Shown one piece after another: positions 19,420 to 29,503 of a DNA stretch of 64,000 nucleotides. The stretch comes from an uncultured Lutibacter sp. (GTDB lineage Bacteria; Bacteroidota; Bacteroidia; Flavobacteriales; Flavobacteriaceae), in assembly GCF_937891065.1 (NCBI RefSeq), contig NZ_CALAEQ010000049.1, positions 2,569 through 66,568 of the forward strand, read 5' to 3'. Under the pieces are notes generated by a model that had not been told where the DNA came from, did no database searches, and saw only the letters and a list, made by a program, of their open reading frames with translations. The position numbers and the translations under genes were made by a program. Numbering within the stretch: position 1 is the stretch's first letter; every line of letters begins with the position of its first letter.

Positions 19420-21861
19420 ATGAAAAAAATTATCGCAATTTTAGTTGTATTAATGTTTCCAATACGCAGTATAGCAAGTGAAGCAGATCTAGTAATCCCA
19501 GATGCAATTAAAGAACAAAGTATTTTATATTGGGGCTTTTTGATTACGTTAGCCGGTTTGCTTTTTGGGTTTTACCAATTTGTACAAGTTAAAAAAATAA
19601 GGGCTCATAAATCTATGTTAGATGTTGCTCAAGTAATTTTTGAAACCTCTAAAACGTATTTAATTCAGCAAGGGAAATTTATTTTTATTTTATTTGCTTT
19701 TATAGGTACTGCAGTTGCACTTTATTTTGGGTTTTTATCAAAAGACCCAGTTACTGGTGAAAATTTATTTGGTATAGGTGGTGTATTAATGATTCTTGGC
19801 TGGATGATTCTTGGAATTTTAGGATCCTATTCTGTTGCTTGGTTTGGAATAAGAATGAATACTTTAGCAAACTCTCGTATGGCTTTTGCTTCTCTTGAAA
19901 GAAAACCAATTAAATTATTAAATATTCCGTTGAATGCAGGAATGAGTATTGGAGTAGTATTAATTTCTTTGGAATTATTATTGATGCTTATTATTCTTTT
20001 GTTTGTTCCTGGAGAATATGCAGGAGCTAGTTTTATTGGTTTTGCTATTGGTGAATCTTTAGGAGCTTCGGCTTTGCGTATTGCTGGTGGTATTTTTACT
20101 AAGATTGCAGATATTGGTTCTGATTTAATGAAAGTGATATTTAAAATTGGTGAAGATGATCCACGTAACCCAGGTACTATTGCCGACTGTGTTGGAGATA
20201 ATGCAGGAGATTCTGTTGGCCCAACTGCTGATGGTTTTGAAACTTATGGAGTTACTGGAGTTGCTTTAATTTCTTTTATTTTATTAGCTATTACAGATAC
20301 AGCTTTGCAAACTCAATTATTGGTTTGGATTTTTGTAATGCGGATATTAATGATTATCACTTCTATAGTTTCTTACTGGATAAATGGAGCGATTACAACA
20401 GCTAAATATAGTGATGTTGATGAATTGGATTTTGAAAAACCATTAACATCATTGGTTTGGATAACATCTATATTATCAATGGTTGTTACTTTTGTTGCAA
20501 GTTATTTTTTGATTGGAAATCTCGGAAATAATTTATGGATTACACTTTCAGTAATCATAAGTGCTGGAACTCTTGGAGCTGCGCTTATCCCGGAATTCAC
20601 AAAATTATTTACAAGCCCTAAATCTATTCATGTAGAAGAAGTTGTTGAAGCTTCAAAAGAAGGGGGAGCATCTCTTAATATTCTTTCTGGATTAGTATCA
20701 GGTAATTTTAGTGCATTTTGGTTAGGAATGGTATTTTTCTTATTAATGTTTATTGCTTATTATGCTTCAAATTATGGTTTAGGTGAAATTATGATTTACC
20801 CATCAATATTTGCCTTTGGTTTAGTTGCTTTTGGTATGTTAGGTATGGGGCCAGTTACCATTGCTGTAGATAGTTATGGACCAGTAACTGATAATGCTCA
20901 ATCTATTTATGAGTTATCGCTAATAGAAGAAGATATTGCTGCTATTACTCCTGAAATTGAAAGAGATTTTGGTTTTACTCCAGATTTTGAAAAATCAAAA
21001 TATTATTTAGAAGCAAATGATGGTGCTGGAAATACTTTTAAAGCAACTGCAAAACCGGTATTAATTGGTACAGCTGTTGTAGGTGCAACTACCATGATTT
21101 TTGCACTTATTTTAGTAATAGAGCATTCTTTAGGTATTAAACCTGAACTAGTTTTAAATTTATTAAATCCTTATACAATTTTTGGTTTTTTATTGGGTGG
21201 TGCTGTTATTTATTGGTTCTCTGGAGCTAGTATTCAGGCTGTAACTACAGGGGCAAGCCAGGCGGTTGCTTATATTAAAGATAATATTAACCTTGACCCT
21301 GATGCACCTAAAAGAGCAGATGTAGAAAAATCGAAAGCGGTTGTGAAAATCTGTACTCAGTATGCTCAAAAAGGGATGTTAAATATTTTTATTGCTGTCT
21401 TTGCATTTGCACTGGCTTTTGCATTCTTTTCTGCACCAACAGGTATAGTTCCTGGTATGAGTGAAGCTGATATAATAATTGCTGCAGCTCCTGTTTCGTT
21501 ATTTATAAGTTATCTTATTTCAATTGCGTTTTTTGGGTTATACCAAGCTATTTTTATGGCAAATGCAGGTGGAGCTTGGGATAATGCTAAAAAAGTAATT
21601 GAAGTGGATATGAAAGAAAAGGGAACTGATTTACACGCAGCTTCTGTTGTTGGAGATACGGTAGGTGATCCTTTTAAAGATACATCTTCAGTGGCTCTTA
21701 ATCCAATAATTAAATTCACAACATTGTTTGGTTTATTAGCTATGGAAATAGCTATTTCTCCTTCATTTAGAGAGATTGCTCCTTATTTTGGTGTAGTTTT
21801 CTTTGTGATAGCTTTGTATTTTGTGTATAGATCATTTTATAAAATGCGTATTAATAGTTAA
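19420..21861 (+). CDS. divergent membrane-bound pyrophosphatase paralog
   Basis: 813 aa, polytopic. It keeps the acidic mPPase motifs in altered form ([66 protein letters not shown]). The N-terminus looks like a signal peptide. Confidence 0.8.
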   Translation: MKKIIAILVVLMFPIRSIASEADLVIPDAIKEQSILYWGFLITLAGLLFGFYQFVQVKKIRAHKSMLDVAQVIFETSKTYLIQQGKFIFILFAFIGTAVALYFGFLSKDPVTGENLFGIGGVLMILGWMILGILGSYSVAWFGIRMNTLANSRMAFASLERKPIKLLNIPLNAGMSIGVVLISLELLLMLIILLFVPGEYAGASFIGFAIGESLGASALRIAGGIFTKIADIGSDLMKVIFKIGEDDPRNPGTIADCVGDNAGDSVGPTADGFETYGVTGVALISFILLAITDTALQTQLLVWIFVMRILMIITSIVSYWINGAITTAKYSDVDELDFEKPLTSLVWITSILSMVVTFVASYFLIGNLGNNLWITLSVIISAGTLGAALIPEFTKLFTSPKSIHVEEVVEASKEGGASLNILSGLVSGNFSAFWLGMVFFLLMFIAYYASNYGLGEIMIYPSIFAFGLVAFGMLGMGPVTIAVDSYGPVTDNAQSIYELSLIEEDIAAITPEIERDFGFTPDFEKSKYYLEANDGAGNTFKATAKPVLIGTAVVGATTMIFALILVIEHSLGIKPELVLNLLNPYTIFGFLLGGAVIYWFSGASIQAVTTGASQAVAYIKDNINLDPDAPKRADVEKSKAVVKICTQYAQKGMLNIFIAVFAFALAFAFFSAPTGIVPGMSEADIIIAAAPVSLFISYLISIAFFGLYQAIFMANAGGAWDNAKKVIEVDMKEKGTDLHAASVVGDTVGDPFKDTSSVALNPIIKFTTLFGLLAMEIAISPSFREIAPYFGVVFFVIALYFVYRSFYKMRINS

Positions 21862-21872
21862 TCGCATTGAAA

Positions 21873-21914
21873 TAAAAAAAACGGGTTACTTAAATTAAGT
21901 AACCCGTTTTTTTG
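21873..21914. terminator. bidirectional intrinsic terminator between convergent genes
   Basis: acgggttactta-aat-taagtaacccgt 12-bp stem with an A-run on one side and a T-run on the other. Confidence 0.75.
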
Positions 21915-21941
21915 TTTATGATTGTTGGTGTAATTATTTTC

Positions 21942-22556
21942 TTAAAATAACCCGTTTATTTGGGCATCTATTTTATCAATAACAGTTCCTAAATCTTCTT
22001 GGTTATCTACAAAATTTAAATTATCAACATCAACTATTAGTAATTTCCCTTTGGTGTATTTTGTAATCCAACCTTCGTAACGTTCATTTAATCTACTTAA
22101 ATAATCTATGCTTATTGAGTTTTCGTAATCCCGACCTCTTTTATGAATTTGTCCAACCAATGTAGGAATTGAGGCTCTTAAATAAATTAATAAATCGGGC
22201 GGTGTTACTAAGCGTTCCATAAGTTCAAATAGTGATGAGTAATTTTTAAAATCTCTATTTGTCATTAAACCCATTGCATGTAAGTTTGGTGCAAAAATAC
22301 GAGCATCTTCATAAATAGTTCGATCTTGAATAATGCTTCTTCCGCTTTCTCTAATTTCTAGTACTTGGCGAAATCTACTGTTTAAAAAGTAAACTTGTAA
22401 ATTAAACGACCAACGTTCCATTTCACCATAAAAATCATCCAAGTAAGGATTTTCATCTACAGATTCAAAATGAGGATCCCATTTATAATGTTTTGCTAAA
22501 AGTTTTGTTAAAGTGGTTTTTCCGGCTCCAATATTTCCCGCAATAGCTACGTGCAT
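21942..22556 (-). CDS. deoxynucleoside kinase
   Basis: 204 aa with P-loop IAGNIGAGKTTL and a dNK/dCK-type body (RSIIQDRTIYED). Confidence 0.85.
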   Translation of the reverse strand: MHVAIAGNIGAGKTTLTKLLAKHYKWDPHFESVDENPYLDDFYGEMERWSFNLQVYFLNSRFRQVLEIRESGRSIIQDRTIYEDARIFAPNLHAMGLMTNRDFKNYSSLFELMERLVTPPDLLIYLRASIPTLVGQIHKRGRDYENSISIDYLSRLNERYEGWITKYTKGKLLIVDVDNLNFVDNQEDLGTVIDKIDAQINGLF

Positions 22557-22632
22557 AATTAATCTTTAAGTGAAATTTAAAACGTTAAAGTTAATTAAAT
22601 TTTTCGTGTTTTTGGTCCTCAAATACAAACTG

Positions 22633-23325
22633 TTAATAAATTAATTTATAGCCGTAACCACGAACGTTAATTATTTGAATAGCAGAATCCTCTTTTAATT
22701 TTTTTCTAAGTTTTGTAATAAAAACATCCATACTTCTTGCATTAAAGAAGTCATCATCTCCCCATAATTTTTTTAAAATGAACGAACGTTCTAAAACTTG
22801 GTTTTTATTTTTTATTAAATAGTATAATAAATGAGCTTCACGATGTGTTAAATTTTCAATAGAAGTTGCAGTTTGAAGTGTTTGTTTTTTTAAGTTGAAA
22901 ATGTAGCTCCCAATTTTTATTGGGCCATCATTTAATTCACCTTTTCCTCTTTTTAAAAGCGCATTTATTCTAACAATAAGCTCTTCCATACTAAAGGGTT
23001 TCTTTAAATAATCATTACCACCTAAATTAAAACCTTCTACTACGTCATCAGTTTGCGATTTTGCTGTTAAAAAAATAATTGGAATATCTGAGTTTTCTTC
23101 CCTAATTTCTTTGGCAAGTGTAAATCCATCTTTTTTTGGCATCATTACATCCAATACTAATAAAAGTGGATTTTCAGCTTTGTAAACTTTATAAGCTTCT
23201 TCTCCATTAGCACAGAGTAATACTTCAAAATTACGAGTTTCTAAACTTTCTTTAATAATTTGTCCTAAAGAAGGTTCATCTTCGGCTAATAATATTTTTA
23301 TAGGACTATTCATTTGGTAATTCAA
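22633..23325 (-). CDS. OmpR-family response regulator
   Basis: Receiver domain (LLAEDEP...VLDVMMPKKDG) plus a winged-helix output domain (VRGYGYKL). Confidence 0.9.
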   Translation of the reverse strand: MNYQMNSPIKILLAEDEPSLGQIIKESLETRNFEVLLCANGEEAYKVYKAENPLLLVLDVMMPKKDGFTLAKEIREENSDIPIIFLTAKSQTDDVVEGFNLGGNDYLKKPFSMEELIVRINALLKRGKGELNDGPIKIGSYIFNLKKQTLQTATSIENLTHREAHLLYYLIKNKNQVLERSFILKKLWGDDDFFNARSMDVFITKLRKKLKEDSAIQIINVRGYGYKLIY

Positions 23326-24775
23326 TTTTAAACAAGGTACTATTATTTTTGTCGTAAATAATAGTTACGTTTCCACCATGTTTTTCAATAATTTTTTTGG
23401 TGTAATACAAACCAATACCAAAGCCTTTTACATTGTGAGTATTCCCCATTGGAATTCTATAAAATTGATCAAAAACCTTTTCTTTATGGGCTTTAGAAAT
23501 TCCATTTCCATTGTCTTTGATTACAATAATAATTTTATTTTTTATTGAAGTTAGCTCAATATTAATAATATTCCCACCATATTTTATAGCATTATCTATG
23601 ATATTTCCTAAAGCATTTTCAAAATGAAATTTATCTAAATTTAAAAGTGTAGTTTCAATAGAATTGCTAAACTTAAAAGTTTTATCAGTATTAATAATTT
23701 TATACTTTTCAACTACTTCTTCAACTACTTCAACCAGATTAAATGGCTGTTTATTGATGGCTAATTCTTCGTGATTTAATGCTGCGGTTTCTAAAATTTT
23801 CTCAACCATTAAGTCTAATTTAGAAACTTGTGTGTTTGCAATTGCAATGTATTTTTCAGATTTAACTTTATCATTTAGCGCATTAAAATTTTTCATAGCT
23901 TCTAAAGCAGTAGAAATAGTTGCGATTGGTGTTTTAAATTCGTGTGTAATATTGTTTATTAAATCGCTTTTTACTTCAGCCAATTGTTTTTGTTTGTAAA
24001 TAGTATTTAGCAAATACAATAAGCTTGCGATAATACTAATTGACAATAATAATGAGAGCAAAATACTAATAAATGAGTTTCGTAATAAAATAGCGGTTTC
24101 ATTTGTGAAATACAATTCTAATTTGCTTCTATGTGGTAAAAAATTTGAATTTGAAACGGTGGTTAAATGTTTTTTAGGAAAATTTTCAAGATTATAATCT
24201 ATTGTTTTTGTAACAGATTTATCTTCAAAGTGAGAAGAGGTGTAGTTGTATTTTAAAGCATAAGTAACATCAATTTTATTACGATTAAACTCATCAATAA
24301 TATAAGTGTCTAATTTTTTTAAATCAAGAGTGTCTCTTGAAATTGAAATAATAACTTTAGATATTAAACTGTCAATATGTTTTGGAAGTATATTATTTGC
24401 TGTAAAAAATGGATAAAAATTATGTCTCGGCGATTTAATTAAAATAGGTTTTTCTCCATCTTGTCTAGCCATATTATTTAAAGTACTGTCCATTTTTTTT
24501 CTAAAATTTCTTCTATAATTTGTACTCACAATAATGGTGTCAGTTTTTTCTTTAAGATTAACAGAATCTAATGAGGTGTATGTAATAATACCTGATTTGG
24601 TTAAATTTATAAAATAAGCTTCAACCGAATTATCTAAACTCAGTTGTACTTTACTAATTAAATTTTGTTTGTTTATTTGATATTCTCTAAAGTTCCAATA
24701 AACTTGTACGGCAATTGTTGTAATTACCGTAATACCAATAAAATAAACAACCCATTTGTAGTTTGACTTATTCAT
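23306..24775 (-). CDS. sensor histidine kinase
   Basis: Two TM segments, an H-box (ITHEFKTPIATI) and an HATPase_c domain (DNGNGI, GFGIGL). The start is taken at ATG 24775. It overlaps the response regulator gene by 20 nt. Confidence 0.85.
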   Translation of the reverse strand: MNKSNYKWVVYFIGITVITTIAVQVYWNFREYQINKQNLISKVQLSLDNSVEAYFINLTKSGIITYTSLDSVNLKEKTDTIIVSTNYRRNFRKKMDSTLNNMARQDGEKPILIKSPRHNFYPFFTANNILPKHIDSLISKVIISISRDTLDLKKLDTYIIDEFNRNKIDVTYALKYNYTSSHFEDKSVTKTIDYNLENFPKKHLTTVSNSNFLPHRSKLELYFTNETAILLRNSFISILLSLLLSISIIASLLYLLNTIYKQKQLAEVKSDLINNITHEFKTPIATISTALEAMKNFNALNDKVKSEKYIAIANTQVSKLDLMVEKILETAALNHEELAINKQPFNLVEVVEEVVEKYKIINTDKTFKFSNSIETTLLNLDKFHFENALGNIIDNAIKYGGNIINIELTSIKNKIIIVIKDNGNGISKAHKEKVFDQFYRIPMGNTHNVKGFGIGLYYTKKIIEKHGGNVTIIYDKNNSTLFKIELPNE

Positions 24776-24863
24776 AGTTTCAAAGTTAAGTACATAAATT
24801 GTATTATCACAATTGCTTAACAATCGTTAACACTAATTAACTGTAATAAATTTAATAAGCGCA

Positions 24864-24871
24864 TATATTTG
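24864..24871 (+). promoter_or_regulatory. -7 promoter box (TATATTTG)
   Basis: Exact TAnnTTTG, 29 nt upstream of the ATG at 24900. Confidence 0.4.
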
Positions 24872-24899
24872 TTCAGAAATTAATTAAAAATACCATAAA

Positions 24900-25775
24900 A
24901 TGAAAAACATTCTTTTAAAAAGTATAACTGCCACATTTTTATTAGTAATAACTACAATAAGTGCTCAAGATTTTCAAGGTCAAGCGGTTTATCAAACCAA
25001 AACCGCCATGGAAATGGATTTAGCAGGTTCAGGAATTCCGGCTGATAGAGTAAAACGTATTGAAGAAATGATGAAAAGTAGACTTGAAAAAACATATACT
25101 TTATCGTTCGATAAAACAGCTTCAATTTATAAAGAAGAAGCTAAATTAGACCAAACTTCAGGTGGTCATGGAGGTATGAGATTTATGATGATGGGTGGTG
25201 GTGTTTCAGGAAAACATTTTAAAAATACACAAACTAAAATTTCAGCCAAAGAAAATGAGTTTAGTGGTAAAAACTTCTTAATTAAAGATGATTTAATTAC
25301 TTACGATTGGAAAATGGAACAAGAAACTAAAATGATTGGTGAAAACTTATGCTTTAAAGCAACAACAGTTGTTGAAAAACCGGTGCGTGAAAATAATTTC
25401 AGATTTGGAAGAGGGAATAATAACTCAGAAAAAGAAGAAGCTAAAGAAGAACCAAAAGAAGATGTTATGGAACTTGTGATTGTTACGGCTTGGTATACAC
25501 TTGATATTCCTGTAAGTCATGGGCCAAGTGATTATTGGGGTTTGCCAGGCTTAATTTTAGAAGTAAGTGATGACAATACTCAAATTTTATGCACAAAAAT
25601 TGTAATGAATCCAAAAGAGAAATCAGAGATAACTGAGCCAACAAAAGGAAAAGTGGTTACACAAAAAGAGTACGATGAAATTTTTGAAGAAAAGACCAAA
25701 GAAATGAGAGAAAGAATGAGTAATGAACGTGAGAAAAGTGGCGGAAGTGGAAGACATATTAGAATTGGAGGATAA
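24900..25775 (+). CDS. GLPGLI family protein
   Basis: Signal peptide plus the literal GLPGLILEV motif that names this Bacteroidota family. Confidence 0.8.
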   Translation: MKNILLKSITATFLLVITTISAQDFQGQAVYQTKTAMEMDLAGSGIPADRVKRIEEMMKSRLEKTYTLSFDKTASIYKEEAKLDQTSGGHGGMRFMMMGGGVSGKHFKNTQTKISAKENEFSGKNFLIKDDLITYDWKMEQETKMIGENLCFKATTVVEKPVRENNFRFGRGNNNSEKEEAKEEPKEDVMELVIVTAWYTLDIPVSHGPSDYWGLPGLILEVSDDNTQILCTKIVMNPKEKSEITEPTKGKVVTQKEYDEIFEEKTKEMRERMSNEREKSGGSGRHIRIGG

Positions 25776-25862
25776 AAATCAATTATCAATTTACAGTCTA
25801 AAAAAGTTAACTCGATTAAAGTCGAAAGGTTTTTTACATGCTATAAAAGCAAGTTTTCGAAA

Positions 25863-25889
25863 TGTAACACTGAACTTATCGAAGTGTAA
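25863..25889 (+). repeat. copy of 25-nt intergenic repeat family
   Basis: tgtaacactgaacttatcgaagtgtaa matches the consensus TGTCACACTGAGCTTGTCGAAGTGT. Confidence 0.6.
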
Positions 25890-25957
25890 TTAATCAGACT
25901 CATAAATTTAATATCTATTAAAAAACAATAAAATAGCTTCAAAAAAATATAGTTTAA

Positions 25958-28627
25958 ATGAAAAAAATAGCAAGTTTACTCTTAGTAACAATATTTCCAT
26001 TTATTGTCTTTTCTCAAAATATTAAATTAGAAGGAACTGTTAAAGATGAAGCGGGAACTCCTTTAGAAATGGCAAATGTAATAGCCTTTAAAAAAGGAAC
26101 AAAATTTTTAAAATCTTATTCAATAACAGATTCACAAGGAAATTATAAATTAAGTTTAGAAGATAGTCAGGAATACACTTTAAAAGTAAGTTATTTGGGA
26201 TTTGACACAAAAAATGTGGAAATATCTGTAGATAATTCTTTAACAGATTTGGTACAAGATATTATTTTAAGTGAATCAAATCAATCCTTAAATGAAGTTG
26301 AAATCACCTATGAAATGCCAATTAAAATTGTTGGTGACACTATTAGCTATAATGCAGATTCATTTACTTCAGGAAAAGAAAAAAAGTTAGAAGATGTACT
26401 TAAAAAATTACCAGGTGTAGATATTGATGATAATGGAGAAGTGGAAGTAGAAGGTAAAAAAGTTCAAAAAGTATTGGTTGAAGGAAAAGAGTTTTTTGAT
26501 GGTGATTCTAAACTGGCAACTCAAAATATCCCAGCTTCTGCAATTGATAAAATTCAGGTTCTAAAAAATTACAATGAAGTTTCAGGAATGCGTGGCGTTA
26601 CAAATAACGAAGATAACATCGCTATTAATATTAAATTAAAACAAGGTAAAAAACGATTTTGGTTTGGAGAAGTAAATGCAGGCGTTGGAGATAATGAAAA
26701 GCATTTAGTGAAGCCAAAACTATTTTATTATAGCCCTGAAAAAAGTGTAAATGTACTAGCTGATATTAATAATATTGGAGAAGCACCTTTTACAATGCGA
26801 GATTATTTCAGATTTACAGGAGGTTTACGAGGTGGAATGAGTGGTAGCGGAACTAATTTTAATGTGTCGTCTGGCGGTTTAGGTTTTATGACTGTTCAAA
26901 ATAATAGAGCACAAGAAATAACTTCAAAATTTGGAGCTTTAAACTTTAGTATGGCTCCTAAAAAAACATTAGATTTTAATGGTTTTGCTATTGTAAATGA
27001 TTCGGAAACTGATATGTTTACGCAATCAAATACAGTTTATAACAACTTAAATTTAACTGAAGAAAATGAAACTTCAGCAATACAAGGAAGTCAATTAGGA
27101 ATGTTAAAATTTAGTACAACTTATAAACCAAATACGAATGTGCATATAGATTATGATATTTTTGGTAAAATGTCTAAACAAACAGAATTGTTAGATGTTT
27201 CTTCTACTGAGAGAGGAGCTGTGGATACTTACAAAGAGGAAAAACCATTTTCTTTAAATCAAAATTTTAATTTGTATTATACGATTGATGAGAAAAATAT
27301 CTTCTCGGCTGAAATTCAACATAACTATGAAAAAGATGAACCGTTATACAATTCAACAGCAGCAACTCAGCCTTTTTTAATAATTCCAACAGACAATACG
27401 GAGGATTTTATAGAGTTAATTCAAGATAAAAAAACAAGCACTAATAAGTTAGATGCTAAATTTGACTACTTTTATTTATTAACGCCAAAAAGCAATATTA
27501 ACCTAACTTTAGGAACAACTTTAAGCAAGCAAACGTTAACTTCTGGAATTTCACAAACTTTAGAAGATGGCAGTGTTTTTAATTTTAATGAACCTGTTTT
27601 AAATAACGATGTTGATTACAATTTCTCCGATCTTTTTTTAAGATTAAACTATAAAATGGTTTCAGGTATTTTAACATTTAATCCAGGAGTAAGTGTTCAC
27701 CAGTATATTACAAAAGATTCACAATTAGGAGCCATTATTAAAGAAAATAAAACAAAATTATTACCGGATTTGTATGCGCGTTTACAGTTTAAATCGTCTG
27801 AAAGTTTACGTTTCAATTATTCAATTTCTACTGAATTTTCAGATATCAATAATATTGCTGAAGGCTATCTTTTATCTAATTACAATTCTTTAAAGCGAGG
27901 AAATAGAGAATTAGAGAATGCGTTATACCATAAGTATTCATTAAGTTATTTTAGTTTTAGTATGTTTTCGTTTACCAATATTCATGCATCTATTAACTAT
28001 ACTAAAAAAGTTGATGGTATAAAAAATAGTACCGTATTATTAGGCGTAGATAGAATTTCAATACCTGTAAATTCTAATTTAGCCGACGAAACAATGTCAG
28101 CTTCTTTTAGATACGGTAAAACATATAGTAAGCTTAAAACGAATTTTAGAGCGAGTGTTAACAATTCAATTTTTAATAATATTGTAAACGGAACGCAAAT
28201 AAACTCAAAAACACTTTCACACAATTACCAAGCGAGTATTGCTAGTAAATTTAAAGATGCTCCTAATTTTGAGGTAGGTTATCAAAAATCGTTTTCTGAA
28301 TATTCAAATACGGGTTCAACAACTGATCGCCCATTTGCCAATATGGAAATAGCATTTTTAAAGAATTTTATTTTAACTGCAGATTATAGTTATTACAACT
28401 ATAAAAATGATGAGAATACCGTAAAAAACACGTACTCATTTTTAAATGCTAATTTATATTATCAGCAAAAAGACAGCAAATGGGAATTTAAACTTTCAGC
28501 AACTAATTTAACAAATAATACTTCCATGAATACTGACAGTTACAACGAGATTTCTGATAGTAATACAACATCATTATATTTTATTCAACCAAGGCTTTAT
28601 ATGTTTTCTGTAAAGTTTAATTTATAA
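25958..28627 (+). CDS. outer membrane beta-barrel protein / TonB-dependent receptor-like with CarboxypepD_reg domain
   Basis: 889 aa with a signal peptide, an N-terminal LEGTVKDEAGTPLEMANV domain, a plug-like region and a C-terminal aromatic-ending barrel. Confidence 0.75.
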   Translation: MKKIASLLLVTIFPFIVFSQNIKLEGTVKDEAGTPLEMANVIAFKKGTKFLKSYSITDSQGNYKLSLEDSQEYTLKVSYLGFDTKNVEISVDNSLTDLVQDIILSESNQSLNEVEITYEMPIKIVGDTISYNADSFTSGKEKKLEDVLKKLPGVDIDDNGEVEVEGKKVQKVLVEGKEFFDGDSKLATQNIPASAIDKIQVLKNYNEVSGMRGVTNNEDNIAINIKLKQGKKRFWFGEVNAGVGDNEKHLVKPKLFYYSPEKSVNVLADINNIGEAPFTMRDYFRFTGGLRGGMSGSGTNFNVSSGGLGFMTVQNNRAQEITSKFGALNFSMAPKKTLDFNGFAIVNDSETDMFTQSNTVYNNLNLTEENETSAIQGSQLGMLKFSTTYKPNTNVHIDYDIFGKMSKQTELLDVSSTERGAVDTYKEEKPFSLNQNFNLYYTIDEKNIFSAEIQHNYEKDEPLYNSTAATQPFLIIPTDNTEDFIELIQDKKTSTNKLDAKFDYFYLLTPKSNINLTLGTTLSKQTLTSGISQTLEDGSVFNFNEPVLNNDVDYNFSDLFLRLNYKMVSGILTFNPGVSVHQYITKDSQLGAIIKENKTKLLPDLYARLQFKSSESLRFNYSISTEFSDINNIAEGYLLSNYNSLKRGNRELENALYHKYSLSYFSFSMFSFTNIHASINYTKKVDGIKNSTVLLGVDRISIPVNSNLADETMSASFRYGKTYSKLKTNFRASVNNSIFNNIVNGTQINSKTLSHNYQASIASKFKDAPNFEVGYQKSFSEYSNTGSTTDRPFANMEIAFLKNFILTADYSYYNYKNDENTVKNTYSFLNANLYYQQKDSKWEFKLSATNLTNNTSMNTDSYNEISDSNTTSLYFIQPRLYMFSVKFNL

Positions 28628-28665
28628 AGAATTAAGATACTATAAGTTTACTAATGAAAACCTTA

Positions 28666-28698
28666 TCTAATTTGATAGGGTTTTTAATTTAAACAAAT
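28666..28698 (+). terminator. intrinsic terminator
   Basis: aaaaccttatc / gatagggtttt stem containing one G-U pair, followed by Ts. Confidence 0.5.
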
Positions 28699-28874
28699 AT
28701 GTAGCTGAACAATTTTTCAAAGAATATAAGAATTAGTTAAGCCAATTTATCCAGATTAACTTTATAGCTATTGTAACCATACTGTAAGTTATGAATTTTG
28801 TAATCCTGAAAATTACGAACTTTTTTTGTGCGAATATTTTCAAATTTTCCTGAATTAATGGCTATATTAGATTT

Positions 28875-29198
28875 ATGGATAGTGATGATATAAAACAAAA
28901 ACTTCTTGAACAAATATCTTTAACTGAAAAATCAATTGAAGAATATAAAGAACTAACAAAACCAATCGCTCCAGATTGTGCTATCGGTCGTGTTTCGCGT
29001 ATGGATGCTATTAATAATAAAAGTATTTCGGAAGCAGCATTAAGACAAGCCGAAAGTAAATTGAGAAACTTACAACGTGTTTCTTCTCAAGTAGGAAGTG
29101 AAGAATTTGGGATTTGCTTAAAATGTAAAAAACCAATTCCATTAGGAAGAATTTTAATTAGACCTGAGAGCCTATTTTGTGTCAATTGTGCACAATAG
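28875..29198 (+). CDS. TraR/DksA family C4-type zinc finger protein
   Basis: 107 aa with an N-terminal coiled coil and C-terminal CLKCKKPI...CVNC. Confidence 0.75.
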   Translation: MDSDDIKQKLLEQISLTEKSIEEYKELTKPIAPDCAIGRVSRMDAINNKSISEAALRQAESKLRNLQRVSSQVGSEEFGICLKCKKPIPLGRILIRPESLFCVNCAQ

Positions 29199-29503
29199 TA
29201 TTAGTTTTATGTTAGATTTTAATGGTTATTTTTAAGTTGTTTTTCGCCTTACCTGCAAACGAATTAAGAGAATTAGATATTTATCAATTCAATTTTAATT
29301 ATTTGCTTTTTTTTCAATATAAAAAATACGTTTTTCTCTTTTTTATAGATCCTTTTTTGATTTTAAGATAAATCGTATTAATTATCGCAAAAACTGACAT
29401 TACTCAAGTTTTTACAATTTGCTTTGCTTTAATTTTACGTATATAAAAAATAGGTATACAGCATTTTTAATTATTGTTAATTCCTATTGTAAATTATCAA
29501 AAT

